NCBI GenBank assembly: GCA_965287045.1
Contig: OZ336874.1
Coordinates: 25,544,001 to 25,608,000, forward strand
Reading direction: 5' to 3'
DNA length: 64,000 nt
Source: Carcharhinus amblyrhynchos
Lineage: Eukaryota
In this document: piece after piece, positions 36,038 through 48,709 of the stretch
How the letters are laid out: each line of letters begins with the position of its first letter
How positions within the stretch are numbered: the first letter of the stretch is position 1
Made by a program: the position numbers and the translations under genes
The notes under the pieces: model-generated
The model's database searches: none
Seen by the model: only the letters and a program-made list of their open reading frames with translations
What the model was told of the DNA's origin: nothing

Positions 36038-38959
36038 CAATTGACATACATCAACTATAATACATAACAGATCCCAGCGACACTGCTGATAGTGGACAGC
36101 TGACTGTTTCTCATGGAGGTGGATTATCCACTCTGCAGGGTGAAGAACTGTGATGCTAACCTAGCAGCAGCCTGATTGGCTTTTAATTGCTCCAGATATC
36201 ATTGCTGCATATTTGCCACTTGTTCTCCAGGTGTTGGATGGACCCACAGCCATGACCATTAACTCCAGGCCAAGCTATAAAGATGATTTTCTTTTTTGAA
36301 TATGTGAACAGAAAGTTCCACTGCCTTGTTTGCATACATTCGCTTCAACCATTGGTAGAATATTATTAGGATCCAAGCTGCTTTTGAAGCTGACATTAAG
36401 ACAGATAACTTTCCTTTAGTGAGGGATTATATTGAATCACACAGCTCTTCTCCCACTCAACCCTTGTCCCATCTACCCCCTACTTATATGCTCCTTCAAG
36501 AAAACCAGTGACCGATTACCTATTACCACTGATGGGGCAATGCAATAAAGCAAAATCTAAAGAGGATTTATAGATAGTCATTTGATTGTGCTCAACCTGA
36601 GTATTACTGAGAGGAGACATTTTTGTGTTGAAGCTTTTTGTCTTGCACTCATCAGACACTTCAGTCAGTGCCTATGGTCATCTGGAACTATGATGACTTT
36701 ATCTTTATTTGCGGGGCATGGAAATGAGTTGTGGCGGATGGAAAGGGCTGCAACTGTGACTTCTGCAGACCCTTCAGTTTTGCACTTCCTCTTGGCCCTG
36801 CAACCCTCTCCGGCTGTACCTCTCTTCCTGCAGGTCACTCTCTGGGATGCTGCCTGTGAACGCCAGCCTTCCTCTCCCTTCTGACCCTCTCCTCCTCTTC
36901 AGAGGAGGTCCACCCAGCAGAGTGGACAATTCTCATGTGCTGGAATACAGATGATACAGGATAATGGTCTGAAGGTTGTTCTCAGCAGAAAGCATCTAAA
37001 AAAATTTGTAAACCAAAGATCCTCCAAATAACACAGGAAATGCAATGAATTATCTGAAAACCACCTCCTACCTATTCACATTGCCTAGGTTCTGGTTGAC
37101 TCGGATCCCACCCCAGACTATGTTTCAGTTAGAACAGGGGAGCTCTTTGCCTGTATGTCAATGTAAATCACATGGAAGCAATTGACTTTTTTTGATGGGT
37201 TTAGTTGTCCTTTTAATTGTTGTTGGGTGAGCCTCTGAGTCCTGTGCGCACCCACTGATGGCAATATGGCATGATGGTATTGGGACGCTCCCTGACATCT
37301 ACTCGTGTGATATCACATAAGTACAAGTCGGCTGTTCCAAGAACATAAAATTCTGGCCCAGGTTTTAAAAGCAGGTGCTGAAGTCTGAATGCATCTTACT
37401 GTGTCTTAGTGTTTTGAGCCAAAAACTTTACAAAACCCTAGATAAATACTTAGCACATATTTGTTCCTGGCATTGGTGCTTCTTTATCCATTTGATGGTA
37501 TGAGTCTATCTCTGGGTTTCATTGAGAATTGGCCTTTTTCATTCTCCTTGACCCCTGACCTGTCACCTGAAGTGCTCTTCAAGGTGTCAATAATGACCCA
37601 GGCAAAGACTTGGGCTGCATAATAACTGAGCTGCAATTTTGGCCTGAGTTGCAGAAAGATTGCATTAACTGTGATATGATTTGGCTTAGCCTCCAAGAAA
37701 CCAGCCTTCTAATTTCCTTCTTATTCTTCAAATAAGTTAATGCCAAGCGATTGCATTAAAATGAAAGCATTATGACTACCGCCTGGGAAGCAAACATTGA
37801 TCCGCATTTGATGAAGTTTTTGTTCATGTTGTTCATTGTATTGTGCCTCGGGGGGGCGGAGGTGAGAGGAATATTTGGATGATATCTCTGTACTTTGGGA
37901 GACACATCAGCACAATGAAATTTGGCAGCTCCGTCATGCTGTTAATTGAGAAGAAATGAAGGTGTGAGGACTGCGGAACAATCCATCAATCTCTTACTTG
38001 AAGGCTCTGTGGGGAGCTAATTGGTTGATACTGATGTCCACTCCACTATCAGTGGAGCATTGCATATCTGTTACAAATGATGGTCACTATTGACTGTCAC
38101 TGGCTGTGATGCCGTGAAGATGACTAAGTGTTTTTTTAAAGCAGCTGATATTATTTCTACAACTGTTTCCCTACTGAACTCGAGCTCATGAAATCAATTC
38201 TCCAATATGTCAGGGCTCTGTGCCTCATTCTTTGAACACAGTGGGTATTCCTCTGGTTCTATCTGATCTCCTTTTTTTGTTCCTCTTTCACTAAGTGAAG
38301 TGAGAGAATAAATGAAAGCAATTCTCAAACTTGACAAAGTGTTGCAGGAAAAAAATAGTAAATACTCTAATGTTAGTTTCTGGCAGGAACCTGACTACCT
38401 TTAAGGAAATTTGAATTTGGTGAGATTTGCACTCTGTACATGCAGTATGTTAAACAGAAAACCTGCAAGTTATTTTCTTAAATACTGAGCATTCACAGAT
38501 TGACATTGCACAATGGTGGAAGGAAATTTGCCATCTATAAAAGGGCATGTACATGGTGTCTTTTAGAGGAGGTCCTGCATTGCCTGGCTGGGCATTGACT
38601 GATTATAAAGTGAGTCTGTAAATTGAGGAGAAGGTCCTGCTGCAACCACTTGTTCACAGGCATCCACTGTTGAAGGAATTTGTTGTGACAGGACAAATTA
38701 AATGGCAATTGTTTCTCACAATGTCACAGGGTGTAGTGAGATAGGTTATATGGGGTTTGAATCACTCCCATCTCACTCTATCCTAACTAACCTCCCACTG
38801 CAATCTGTGACTGCTTAATCATTAGCAGAGGTCCTAGTTTATAACTAGTCTCCATAGTTCTTCTGACTATCTATTACCTACTAACACATTGGTAGGTTCG
38901 GCTCACTCCAATATTCACAATGAAGTAAAAGCAGATTGTGTTCGCTGCCAGCACACAAA

Positions 38960-39205
38960 ACATAACAGCACAGGAACAGACCATTTGGCCCACGACATTG
39001 TGCTGGACATGACGCTAAATTAAACTAATCGCTCCTTTTTGCCCTTGGTCCATATCCCTCTATTTCTTGCATTTTCATGTGTTTATCTAAAAGCCTCTTA
39101 AATGCCCCTAATGTGTTTGTCTCCACCACCACTGGCAGTGTGTTGCAGACATCTATTAAAAAACTTTGTGTATTTTGTGTAAAAAAATTGCCCCTCTCCT
39201 TTGAA
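38960..39205 (-). mobile_element. CR1 3' end
   Basis: NFFTQ..CNTLP..GAFKRLLDKHM..EGYGP. Confidence 0.85.
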
Positions 39206-39927
39206 TTTTCAGGAAACACAATCCGAGGAACTCACATAATTGCTTGACATTCAACAACAATTATGTAGAAAACCCAACAGATTATACGTGACCTGTGATG
39301 AGTTTGGCTCCGATAATTTTTGCTGGAAAGCGAATCAGTGGCATTAAAAGTTGAGTGAAAATGCAAAGTCCTTCACTTACTGGGTAGAAATTGCACTTTA
39401 ATGCGCCATAAAATTTGTTCAAACCATCTTTCAAACAACCATAGGCAGCCTCACAGAACCCTGTCCTGCGATGATTCATGTACATGTTGGTTCTGGCCAA
39501 TCAGGATTTCTTCATGCCCACTCGTCTAAACATTGGCTACTGAAGTGATATTAGAAACACCCCCACACAAAGTCTCTCACACTATCTGGAGGCATCAATA
39601 TTCAGCTGTGTTCTCAGTTCTCTTAGAGAATGTATAGAATGCATTTTCTTCTGCCACACACTTGAACCAGCAGACAAAAGTTCCTACTTCTGGTGTATCT
39701 TATACAGCTGATGAGCAGGCATTCTCTTTTTCCTTTTCTTTTCACTCCCGCTCGAGGTCATGCTACTGACTCTTCTTTCTTGAGGAAATGAGATTTGGTC
39801 AGCGACTGTTAAAGTTTGTACAACTCCAGTGGATCTGCAATTTTCTGATCCAGCAATTTCATTGCCTGGTGAAAGCATTCATAGAGCCTGTGTACTCGAT
39901 TGTTTCTGTACTCTATTCCTGTATGGG

Positions 39928-40223
39928 TTGCATGGTGACACAGTGGTTAGCACCACTGCCTCACAATGTCAGGGACCCAGGTTCCATTTCCTGGCTTGGG
40001 CCATTGTGAAGAGTTTGTACGTTCTCCCTGTGTCTGCGTGGGTTTTCTCCAGGTGCTCTGGCTTCCTCCTGCAGTGCTGGTTAGGTGAATCGGCCATGCT
40101 AAATTCTTCCTCAGTGGACCCGAACAGGCGCTGGAATGTAATGACTAGTGGATTTTCACAGGAACTTAATTGCAATATTAATGGAAGTCTACTTGTGATA
40201 CCAATAAAATAAAACTTAATAAA
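39928..40223 (+). mobile_element. V-SINE with type-2 tail
   Basis: tRNA head and V-domain, then ggattttcacaggaacttaattgcaatattaatggaagtctacttgtgataccaataaaataaaactt. Confidence 0.85.
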
Positions 40224-40364
40224 TCCTGAATGAAGTGTTGCGCACTTCCAGGCTATGTTTTATAGAAACATAGAAACATATAAAATAGAAGCAGGAGAAG
40301 GCCATTTGGCCCTTCAAGCCTGCACTGCCATTCATTTTGATCATGGCTCATCATGAAAATCAAT

Positions 40365-41403
40365 GGGCACAATTTTTCCAGCTCACTGCACTGCTCGCAA
40401 TCAGCATCTGGCCTGCCACGATCTCTCCGATCAATTTTTTATAGCGTAATCAGCCTTTCACCAGGGACCCAATCAACTGGGCTCACAAAGGTTTCTACCC
40501 CTGCTGATCACGTATAGTCTCCACCAAAGAGGACCAGATGGCCTTGCAGGTGGGACCAGAAGCCATTGAGACCCCCAGGATATCAGTGGAAGGGTGGAGT
40601 TGCCCCTTGGGCAGTAACAACCTAGCACTGACAGCCTGACACCCTGGCACAAACCACTGGGCATCCTGCCACTACCAGCTTAGCACCCTGACAGTACTGA
40701 CCGAGCACCCTGTTACTATGCAGTGAGAACCGGGCAGTGCCAAAGGGGTGGGGGCAGGGGCTGAAGGGGACAGGGTCGAACAGGGGCAGAGCCAGGCCAA
40801 TGTTGGGGGAAGTAGGGATGGAGGGAAAGAGAACCCTACATTAGGGAGTGGGGTGCTGGTGGGGCCGCCGCTCTGAAGCTGGGCATTTGGGATGAAGAGA
40901 ATTCAAAGGCTGACCAGCGGGGGTGGGGAGAGGAGCAGAGGTGACCATCAGAGATGGAAGGCGTATCGGAGGTTGGTTATTGGGGATAGGGTATGGGGAG
41001 GAGGCAGCCATCAGGAAGCTGGGGCTAGTGATCAGAGGCTGGGTTCGGCCATCAGGAGAGCAGCCATCAGAAGAGGATGGGGGAAGGTGGGGGGTCAGGG
41101 CCAGCAGTAGGAAAGCCAGCAATCAGGAGGTTAACCAAGGTTGGAGTGGGGGGGATGTCTTCTCAACCGATCGGCTCATCCGCACTGGTGCCCTCAGTAC
41201 TTTGAGCTGGCCTGTCGGATGGGATTAGGCCTTGCCCATCCCACAGACAACCACTCATACCCCACCCCTTTCTGACATAAATTCCCTGATGTTGCACAGA
41301 ATGCTGAAAATTCATTTTATTGGACTCACCCAAAAAACAATGGGAAAAACACTACTGTGTTCCTGCCCGTTGGCCCCTTGGTTTTTTTGGGAAAATTGTC
41401 TTC
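40365..41403. mobile_element. Non-autonomous DNA transposon (Harbinger-type MITE A)
   Basis: Starts GGGCACAATTTTTCCA, ends TGGGAAAATTGTCTTC (imperfect TIR); interrupts the CR1. Confidence 0.7.
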
Positions 41404-41643
41404 TCATCATCTTGCCCCACCTCCTCTCATATTCCTTGATCCCTTTAGCCCCAAGAACTTTATCTAATTTCTTCTTGAAATCACACAACGATTAGGCCTC
41501 AACCACTTTCTATGGTAATGAATTCCACACATTCATCACCCTCTGAGTGAAGAAATTTCTCCTCACCTCGGTGGTAAAAGGTTTATCTCTTACCCTCAAA
41601 CTATCATCCCCTAGTTCTGAACTCTTCTACCATTGGGCACATT

Positions 41644-42921
41644 GGCCATGATTCTTCCAAAATCGCTGAATTGGCAGGAAAACTATTGTAGACAGTTTTG
41701 TCAGTTCAGATTCTCACCTGAATCTCTGCATTCAGTGCATGGCAGAGGTCCCAATTGTGAATATCATTAAAAACCCCATGGAACGGCCTATTCATGCTGG
41801 AATCTGATAGTTCTGGAACTCTGTGCATGCGCAATGGTGCCAATCTGTCAAATTCCCATTCAGTGCTGCCCCTCCAGCCCTCCCACGGCCCAATCAAGAC
41901 CCCCACAACAATTCCCCGGCCAGCCCTGACTGCTCCCACCCCGGAGTGCCCCGATGTACAGCCCAACCCCCACCCCCCCAACAGTGGCGATCCCCCCACT
42001 CTGCTCACCCTGGCAGACACCCCCCTCCCCCGCTGAGACCCCAGATTCAGACCCCACCACCCCTCTCAGCCCACCCCAATCACTGCTCTCCCCTGCCCTT
42101 ACCCCATCCCAGACCGATCCTGTCTGCAGAGTAGCAGCGGGATCCCCCACCTCCATTAGTCACCCACATAAGGTCCCATCCCCTTGGCATTGCCTGATGC
42201 CCGATGGTCACTACCAAGATACCCCCTGGGCATGGGCACTTTGTCCCTTGGGCAGTGCCAGAGGCATAGGCTGGCATTCCCAAGGTGTGGAGATGCCGGC
42301 GTTGGACTGGGGCAAACTCAGTAAGAAGACTCACAACATCAGGTTAAAGTCCAACAGGTTTATTTGGTAGTAAACACCACTAGCTTTCGGAATGCTGTTC
42401 CTTTGTCGGGTAAGTACTTTGACGAAGGAACAGTGCTCCGAAAGCTAGTGGTGTTTACTACCAAATAAATCTGTTGGACTTTAACCTGGTGTTGTGAGAC
42501 TTCTTACTCCCAGGGTCCCCATGGCCAATGGAACCACCCCCCACTGCCCAACCCTCTGGGGAGGCCCTGATTGCCAGCTACTTCTTTCCGGCAGGGATTC
42601 CCGCTAGTTCTCCAAACCTGCGGAGCAAGTCTAAACTCTGCCAGGATGAAGTACTCCAAGCAGGGTGGGAGATTCAATTGGGACCGCCAAGTGCCCAATA
42701 ATTAAACTTATACAACATTTAAAACATACTAAAAAAAATTTGAATTACTTACCTGCCTTCCCATCATTTCCAACATGGGCTGACCGGTGACTGTTTGCCA
42801 GTTCTGGGAGATGCGCATGTGTTCCTGACGCATGTGCAAATTCTGGAACAAGGCTGGCGATACATATCTCCCACTGCAACCCGCCACAAAAGTTGAGGCC
42901 CGTGATGGGAGAATTGCAACC
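41644..42921. mobile_element. Non-autonomous DNA transposon (Harbinger-type MITE B)
   Basis: GGCCATGATTCTTCC...GGGAGAATTGCAACC with a 3-bp duplication ATT on both sides. Confidence 0.75.
42287..42508. mobile_element. Palindromic Penelope-like insertion
   Basis: 88-bp inverted arms 42320-42407 and 42421-42508; imperfect flanking repeat tcccaaggt/tcccagggt. Confidence 0.8.
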
Positions 42922-43534
42922 ATTCTTTCCGAATCTACTCTGTCTCGTCCTGTTAGAATTTTATAGGGTTCCCTGAGATTCCTTCTCACTCATCTAACCT
43001 TTGATTAATGCAATCCTCACTAATTTAGTGTCTCCTCATATGACAGACCTGCTATCCCAAGAATCAGCCTGGTAAACCGTCACTGTACTGCCGCTACAGC
43101 AAGAACATCCTTCCTCATATAAGGACACCAAAACTGCACACAATACTCCAAGTATGGACTCACAAATGTCCTGTATAATTGCTGTAAAACATCCTTATTC
43201 CTATGCTCAAATCCTCTTGCTATGAAGGCCAACATAACATTTGGCTTTTTACTGCCTGCTGTACTTATGCATTTACCTTCAGCGACTGGTACACGAGGAC
43301 ACCAAGGTCTTGCTCAGTATCCACCTCTCTCAATTTACACCCATAAAAATAATAATCTACCTTCCCATTTTTGTTACTGAAGTGAATAACCTGACATTTA
43401 TCCATATTATACTGCCTCTACCATGCATGTGCCCATTCACTCAGCCTGTTCAAATCACACTGAAGTATCTCTGCATCCTCCTCACAGCTCATCCTCCCAT
43501 TCAATTTTGTATCATTTGCAAATTTGGAGATAAT

Positions 43535-43657
43535 GGGTGGAATTTTATGGCCTTACTTGTGCAAGACCAGAACTTCCTGCCCGAGGTCAATAGACATTTT
43601 TGTTGTCTACCCCTCACCATTCTATTTCCATGGCGGACAGGATGGTTGAATTCAGCA
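43535..43657. mobile_element. 123-bp MITE C
   Basis: Interrupts CR1 ggagataat|acat; AAT duplicated at 43532-43534 and 43658-43660. Confidence 0.75.
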
Positions 43658-44573
43658 AATACATGTAGTTCCCTCTTCCAAATCATTGATATATAATGTG
43701 AACAGTTGGGGTCCTAGCACAGTTCCCTGCAGTACACCACTAGTCACTGCCTGAGAATCAGAAAAAGTCCCATTTATGCCAACTCTTTGTTTCCTAATTG
43801 CTAACCAGCATTCTATCCGTCTTTAGACGCTACCCGCAATCCCATGCGTTCTAACTTTACAAAATAGTCTGCTATACGAGACCTTGTCTAAAGCCTTCTG
43901 AAAGTTTGCATAAACCACATCCATGGGTTCCCCTTGGTCAACTCTACCACTTATATCTACAAATAATTCCAATAGATTTGTCATGCATGATTTTCCCTTC
44001 GTAAATCCATTTTTACTTTGTCTGATTATACTACTCTGCTTACTAAACAGCAATCTTGATTATGAATAATGTAGTTTGTTGGCAAGTTATTTTCTATTAC
44101 ATAGAAGTGTAAGCAGTCATCTGCCATTACAATCTAAGTTTCGTGCCCCTAGACCATACAGTCAAGTCATGAATGTTTGAAGAAATTCTGCTTTAAGCCC
44201 TGAACCGAATCAGAGAGAATGGGCATTCCTGCACTCACTTATATTAATATTTATATCAATAGTAACGTTATTATTCTTGTGGTCATTGAATATGATGTCT
44301 GCACTCCAAAAAGTCTTCTCAGATCTTGCCATTTCACCTAAACATGGTACTTAATTTTTTTCTCCATAACTTCTATATCCTGAAGCACCTGATCTGATTG
44401 GCTTCTGTTGGAATTTTTAAGTAGGCATCTTTCAGTCACAGTATATTGCATTAAAATGGCTACACCTCTGGCAGGCATGACATGGTACAATCTTCATGCC
44501 TATAGAGCCCTGGGTAATGGCGGTGATTGCCTTTTCTTCATTTTGGGTCTACTCTTTAGTGGATGTGCTGGTA

Positions 44574-44737
44574 CAAAGAACAAAGAACAACACAACACGG
44601 GAAACAGGCCCTTTGGCCCAACGAGCCCACGCCGCCATTTTAACATTGTGAGTCCCCTCTTCCACCCTTGACCCTCGTCTATGCTTATGGCACTCCACAT
44701 TGGAAACCAGATTGAGGGGAGACTAATTTAGGGACAA
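44574..44737 (-). mobile_element. 3' part of the variant SINE seen at 30088
   Basis: Direct homology: cacgggaaacaggccctttggcccaacgagccc...gactaatttagggacaa. Confidence 0.8.
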
Positions 44738-44948
44738 TGGTACTTCTATTGCTCACAAATCAATTGCCTAACAACACAAAAATTTCATATTAACCTGGGT
44801 TAAACTTATTCTGCTTCTCAAGTTTAGCCCATCTCACTAAATGAATTGCCTTGAACAATGTTAGCTCTTCTCTTGACTTTTGAAAGTCAGGTGAGCCTTT
44901 ATTGAGGACACCCACCAAAATACAGTCTCAGATGAGTTCCCTCATTAA

Positions 44949-45547
44949 GAACATAGAACATAGAACATAGAACATTACAGCGCAGAACAGGCCCTTCGGC
45001 CCACGATGTTGCGCCGACCAGTTACAAAAACAATGACCCACTAGCCTATACCAATCCCTTTTCGTCCATAAACCTATCCAGAGATCTCTTAAACGCCCCC
45101 AAACTAGACGCATTTACAACTGCAGCAGGCAGGGCATTCCAATCCCTCACCACCCGCTGGGTAAAGAACCTACCCCTGACATCCGTCCTGTAGCTACCCC
45201 CCCTTAATTTAAAGCCATGCCCCCTCGTGCTAGCTTTCTCCATCCGAGGAAAAAGGCTATCACTATCCACCCTATCTAAACCTCTAATCATCTTATATGT
45301 TTCAATAAGATCCCCTCTTAGCCGCCTTCTTTCCAACGAAAACAACCCTAAATCCCTCAGTCTCTCCTCATAGGACCTCCCCACCATACCAGGCAACATC
45401 CTAGTAAACCTCCTCTGCACCCTCTCCAGCGCCTCCACATCCTTCTTGTAATGCGGGGACCAGAACTGCACACAGTACTCCAAGTGCGGCCGCACTAGAG
45501 TAGTGCACAGTTGCAACATTACACTGCGACTCCTAAACTCAATCCCC
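44949..45547 (-). mobile_element. Young 5'-truncated CR1 with an open ORF2 C-terminus
   Basis: LVRPHLEYCVQFWSPHYKKDVEALERVQRRFTRMLPG...RRRLRGDLIETYK; (GAACATA)n tail; CpGs intact. Confidence 0.97.
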
Positions 45548-46180
45548 TTTTTTTTTGCAAACGGACACCAAAAGATGCTTGCAACAATCAACTGCACCAA
45601 GCAAGTTATTAATGAAAGAACCCATATTTTCTCCTCACAATTATTTTTAAAGCTCATCTGGTCTATAATAATGTTTTTACAAAGACCAAAACACAAATCA
45701 AAGGCTTTAGTTAATTCTTTGTGGGTTCCTCATTAACACCCTATCTGACTAAAATGTCATCTGCACTACTCTCAATGGAATACAGGACTGTACTGACTTA
45801 GCCTTTGTCAGGCTTCTATATCTGTTGAATCTACAACGCCAGTTTTTCCAGTTTGCTATTTGGTCGGAGTTTTCCCCACAGTCAAAAAAAATCACGTCGG
45901 AGATTTTTTCCATGTTTATCTGTTACTTCAATCGGCTGTCTTGGGACTCCATTGGCATTTTTTTCCTTCTTTGCTGCAATGATTCCCTTACTGCTTTATG
46001 CTTCCGGGCTTTTCCTTTCCTGTCACTGGCAATTTTGCCACGGATCCTTGTGAGTCAGTTAGTTTACCGTTGCTACCATGAAGTAATATCAGAAATGGGA
46101 CCAAAGTGTGTATGACAGAAACTGCTGGGAACAAGGCATTCAGAAATTTCCAAACATTTATAAATGATTGACAACTATGT

Positions 46181-46443
46181 ATAGAACATAGAACATAGAA
46201 CATTACAGCGCAGAACAGGCCCTTCGGCCCACGATGTTGCGCCGACCAATTAAAAAGCAATGACCTTCTAACCTAAACCAATCCCTTTCCATCCATAAGC
46301 CTATCCACGGATCTCTTAAACGCCCCCAAACTAGGTGCATTTACAACTGCAGCAGGCAGGGCATTCCAATCCCTCACCACCCTCTGGGTAAAGAACCTAC
46401 CTCTGACATCCGTCCTATAACAACCACCCCTTAATTTAAAGCT
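46181..46443 (-). mobile_element. Young 5'-truncated CR1, same subfamily as 44949
   Basis: First ~65 bp identical to the 44949 copy. Confidence 0.95.
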
Positions 46444-46464
46444 ATATAAGAATAGATGTTTACA

Positions 46465-46938
46465 GATACAGCATAGAAATCATCCTTTCCGAATGTATCA
46501 CAGCTTGATCTGGCTCCTGCTCTGACCAAGACCACAAGAAACTACAAAGGGTTGTGAATATAGCCCAGTTTATCACGCAAACGAGCCTCGTCTACACTTC
46601 CCTCTCTCTTGGAAAAGCAGCCAACATAATCAACACAACCACGCAGCTCAGGCAAACTCTCTTCCACCTTCTCCAGTCAGCAAAAAGATGCAAAAGTCTG
46701 AGATCAGCTACCAACCGATTCAAGAACAGCTTCTTCTCTGTTGCCATCAGAAATTTGAATGTACCTATCTTATATTAAGCTGATCTTTTTCTACACCCTA
46801 GCTATGACTGTAACACTACATTCTGCACCCTCTCCTTTCCTTCTCCCCACATACTCTTTGTATGGTATGCTTTGTCTGCAAGAAACAATTCTTTTCACAG
46901 TATCCCAGTACCTGTGGCAATAATAAATCAAATCAAAG
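46465..46938 (+). mobile_element. Rex1/Babar 3' end
   Basis: TNRFKNSFFSVAIRNLN; aataaatcaaatcaaa tail. Confidence 0.9.
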
Positions 46939-48097
46939 ATAAGAATGAGATTCCTTCCCAAGGCAATTCTTTCTGAGACACAAGATCCACATCACTGATG
47001 TCATATGCTATGACAATAGTTATTAACCCTTTACTCTACAGCTTCCAGCTAAAGGCACTTTAAAAAATAAAATACCTTTTGTAAAGAAAAGGAGGAACAG
47101 GAATCCCCTCCCACTCCACAGCATTCCCAACAGACATTATCAGCTGGGTTTCCCAACAACCCACTTTGCTCTCTCACACCGAAACCTGTTTATTGACAAA
47201 ATCTCACCCATTGATTTAAGAAAGAATCATGATTTGGGTAGAGGAAATAGGAAATAAAATGGACACTGTTTTATGAGGATTAGCATAATTATCTTGCATT
47301 TGTATTTGTAAATGTATTTTCATCCTGAAAAAGCCAGAAACAACATTTGCCTTAGCAGCTCAGAGCTCAGCTGCAGGTAAATCAATGATTACTGCAAAGT
47401 AGCTTCTTGTATTTGATTCCAACTAAATTCAATTACTTTGTGTGCATTGCTAATGTCATGGGACAAAGAACAGAACAAAGATAGATGAAAATAACTATTA
47501 AATCTGATTGATCTAACCATGTAGGCTAGTTGATTAAAGTCTGAAACTAACAGAGAAAATGTATTCAGCAAGATTCATACACTCGCGACTCACTGTCTTC
47601 CTGAATTGTTGAAAATAGGATAATTATTCAGAAGCTGTGGAAAGTATTCCAATGATTTTCAATCATTGTTAAATTACAACTGACAGAATAATTATTAGCC
47701 TGCATGAGCAAACTAATAATTCTCAAGTCAACATTAATATTAGAGAGAATTTGAACAGGTATGAATGGGTGATTTAGACTATGGTGCCTAAACACATTTT
47801 ACAGCTAGATAAAGTATGGCCCTAACCCAGCCATAAAGCAGCTCTGAAGCGCCAACAAACTTCAGGATTTCACATAAATGTATATGGCTGAATTCTAGGC
47901 ACCTGTTTGTTGGTGCGATCATAAGCACAGGCATGTGGTCTTTTAGAAATAATTTAAGCTGATAATTGTGTGCAAATGATGGCTGTTGTAATGTGAGGTA
48001 ATATGACGAGGAAGCTTCAGAAAACAGCGGTGAATTATTAAGCAATAGCAGTAATGATATGCAGACAAACTCGGCACAGGGGCAGGTCGATTCCCAC

Positions 48098-48427
48098 AGG
48101 GCGGCACAGTAGCCGAGTGGGTAACACTGCTGTCTCATAGTGCCGGGGACCCAGGTTCAATTCTGGCTTTGGGTGACGGTGTAGCGTTTGCACATTCTCC
48201 CCATGTCTGTGTGGGTAACCTCTGGGAACTGTGGTTTCCTCTCACACGCCAAAGATACACTGATTAGGTTGATTGGTCATACTAAATTGATCCTTCGTGT
48301 CAAGGGATTAACCAGGTAAATACGTGGGGTTACATGGATAGGGTCTGGGTGGGATTGTTGCCAGTGTAGTTTCAATGGGCTGAACAGCCTCCTTCCGTGC
48401 TGTAGGAATTTATGATTCTATGACTCT
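48098..48427 (+). mobile_element. HE1-type V-SINE
   Basis: Head gggcggcacagtagccgagtgggtaacactgctg, V-domain, tail. Confidence 0.9.
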
Positions 48428-48709
48428 CGGATTCACACCATGGGCTCCATTTGCTCAGATCCACACCCTAACATTCGATAGAGTAAGGTTTATGTGCTCC
48501 GTTCCATAGGCCCCAGGAGGGTCACATAACCCATGAACGATCACTCCCCCTTTATATTCCTTTACAATTACAGGAAAAAAATCCTCTTATATACAACTAT
48601 ATAAAGTCAAAACAGAATTTCCATAAAGGGGCCAATTTGGCAAAGTTCATAAATTTTGTCTATCTGGGGACTTTGGCAAGGTACATCTACAGTTCTGTTA
48701 GGATGGAAG

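Larger units (their letters stand above)
40262..44040 (-). mobile_element. CR1 3' half split into four pieces (40262-40364, 41404-41643, 42922-43534, 43658-44040) by three MITEs
   Basis: Colinear with the 51400-52925 copy; QSKNGFTKGKSCMTNLLELF..YANFQKALDKV. Confidence 0.9.

Noticed and set aside
39684-39878. Minus-strand ORF with a KKRKKR NLS-like stretch as a host exon
   Set aside because: Short, no recognisable domain, no convincing splice donor, no partner exons
40473-42698. Cluster of overlapping Pro/Gly-rich ORFs
   Set aside because: They arise from G/C-skewed MITE interiors that lack stop codons; no protein motifs
45046-45696. 216-aa ORF as a host gene
   Set aside because: The C-terminal ~165 aa is CR1 ORF2; the N-terminus is flanking DNA read through by chance
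44949-46443. Two near-identical CR1 tails as an assembly duplication
   Set aside because: They diverge beyond the terminal ~65 bp and have different truncation points and flanks, so they are independent insertions
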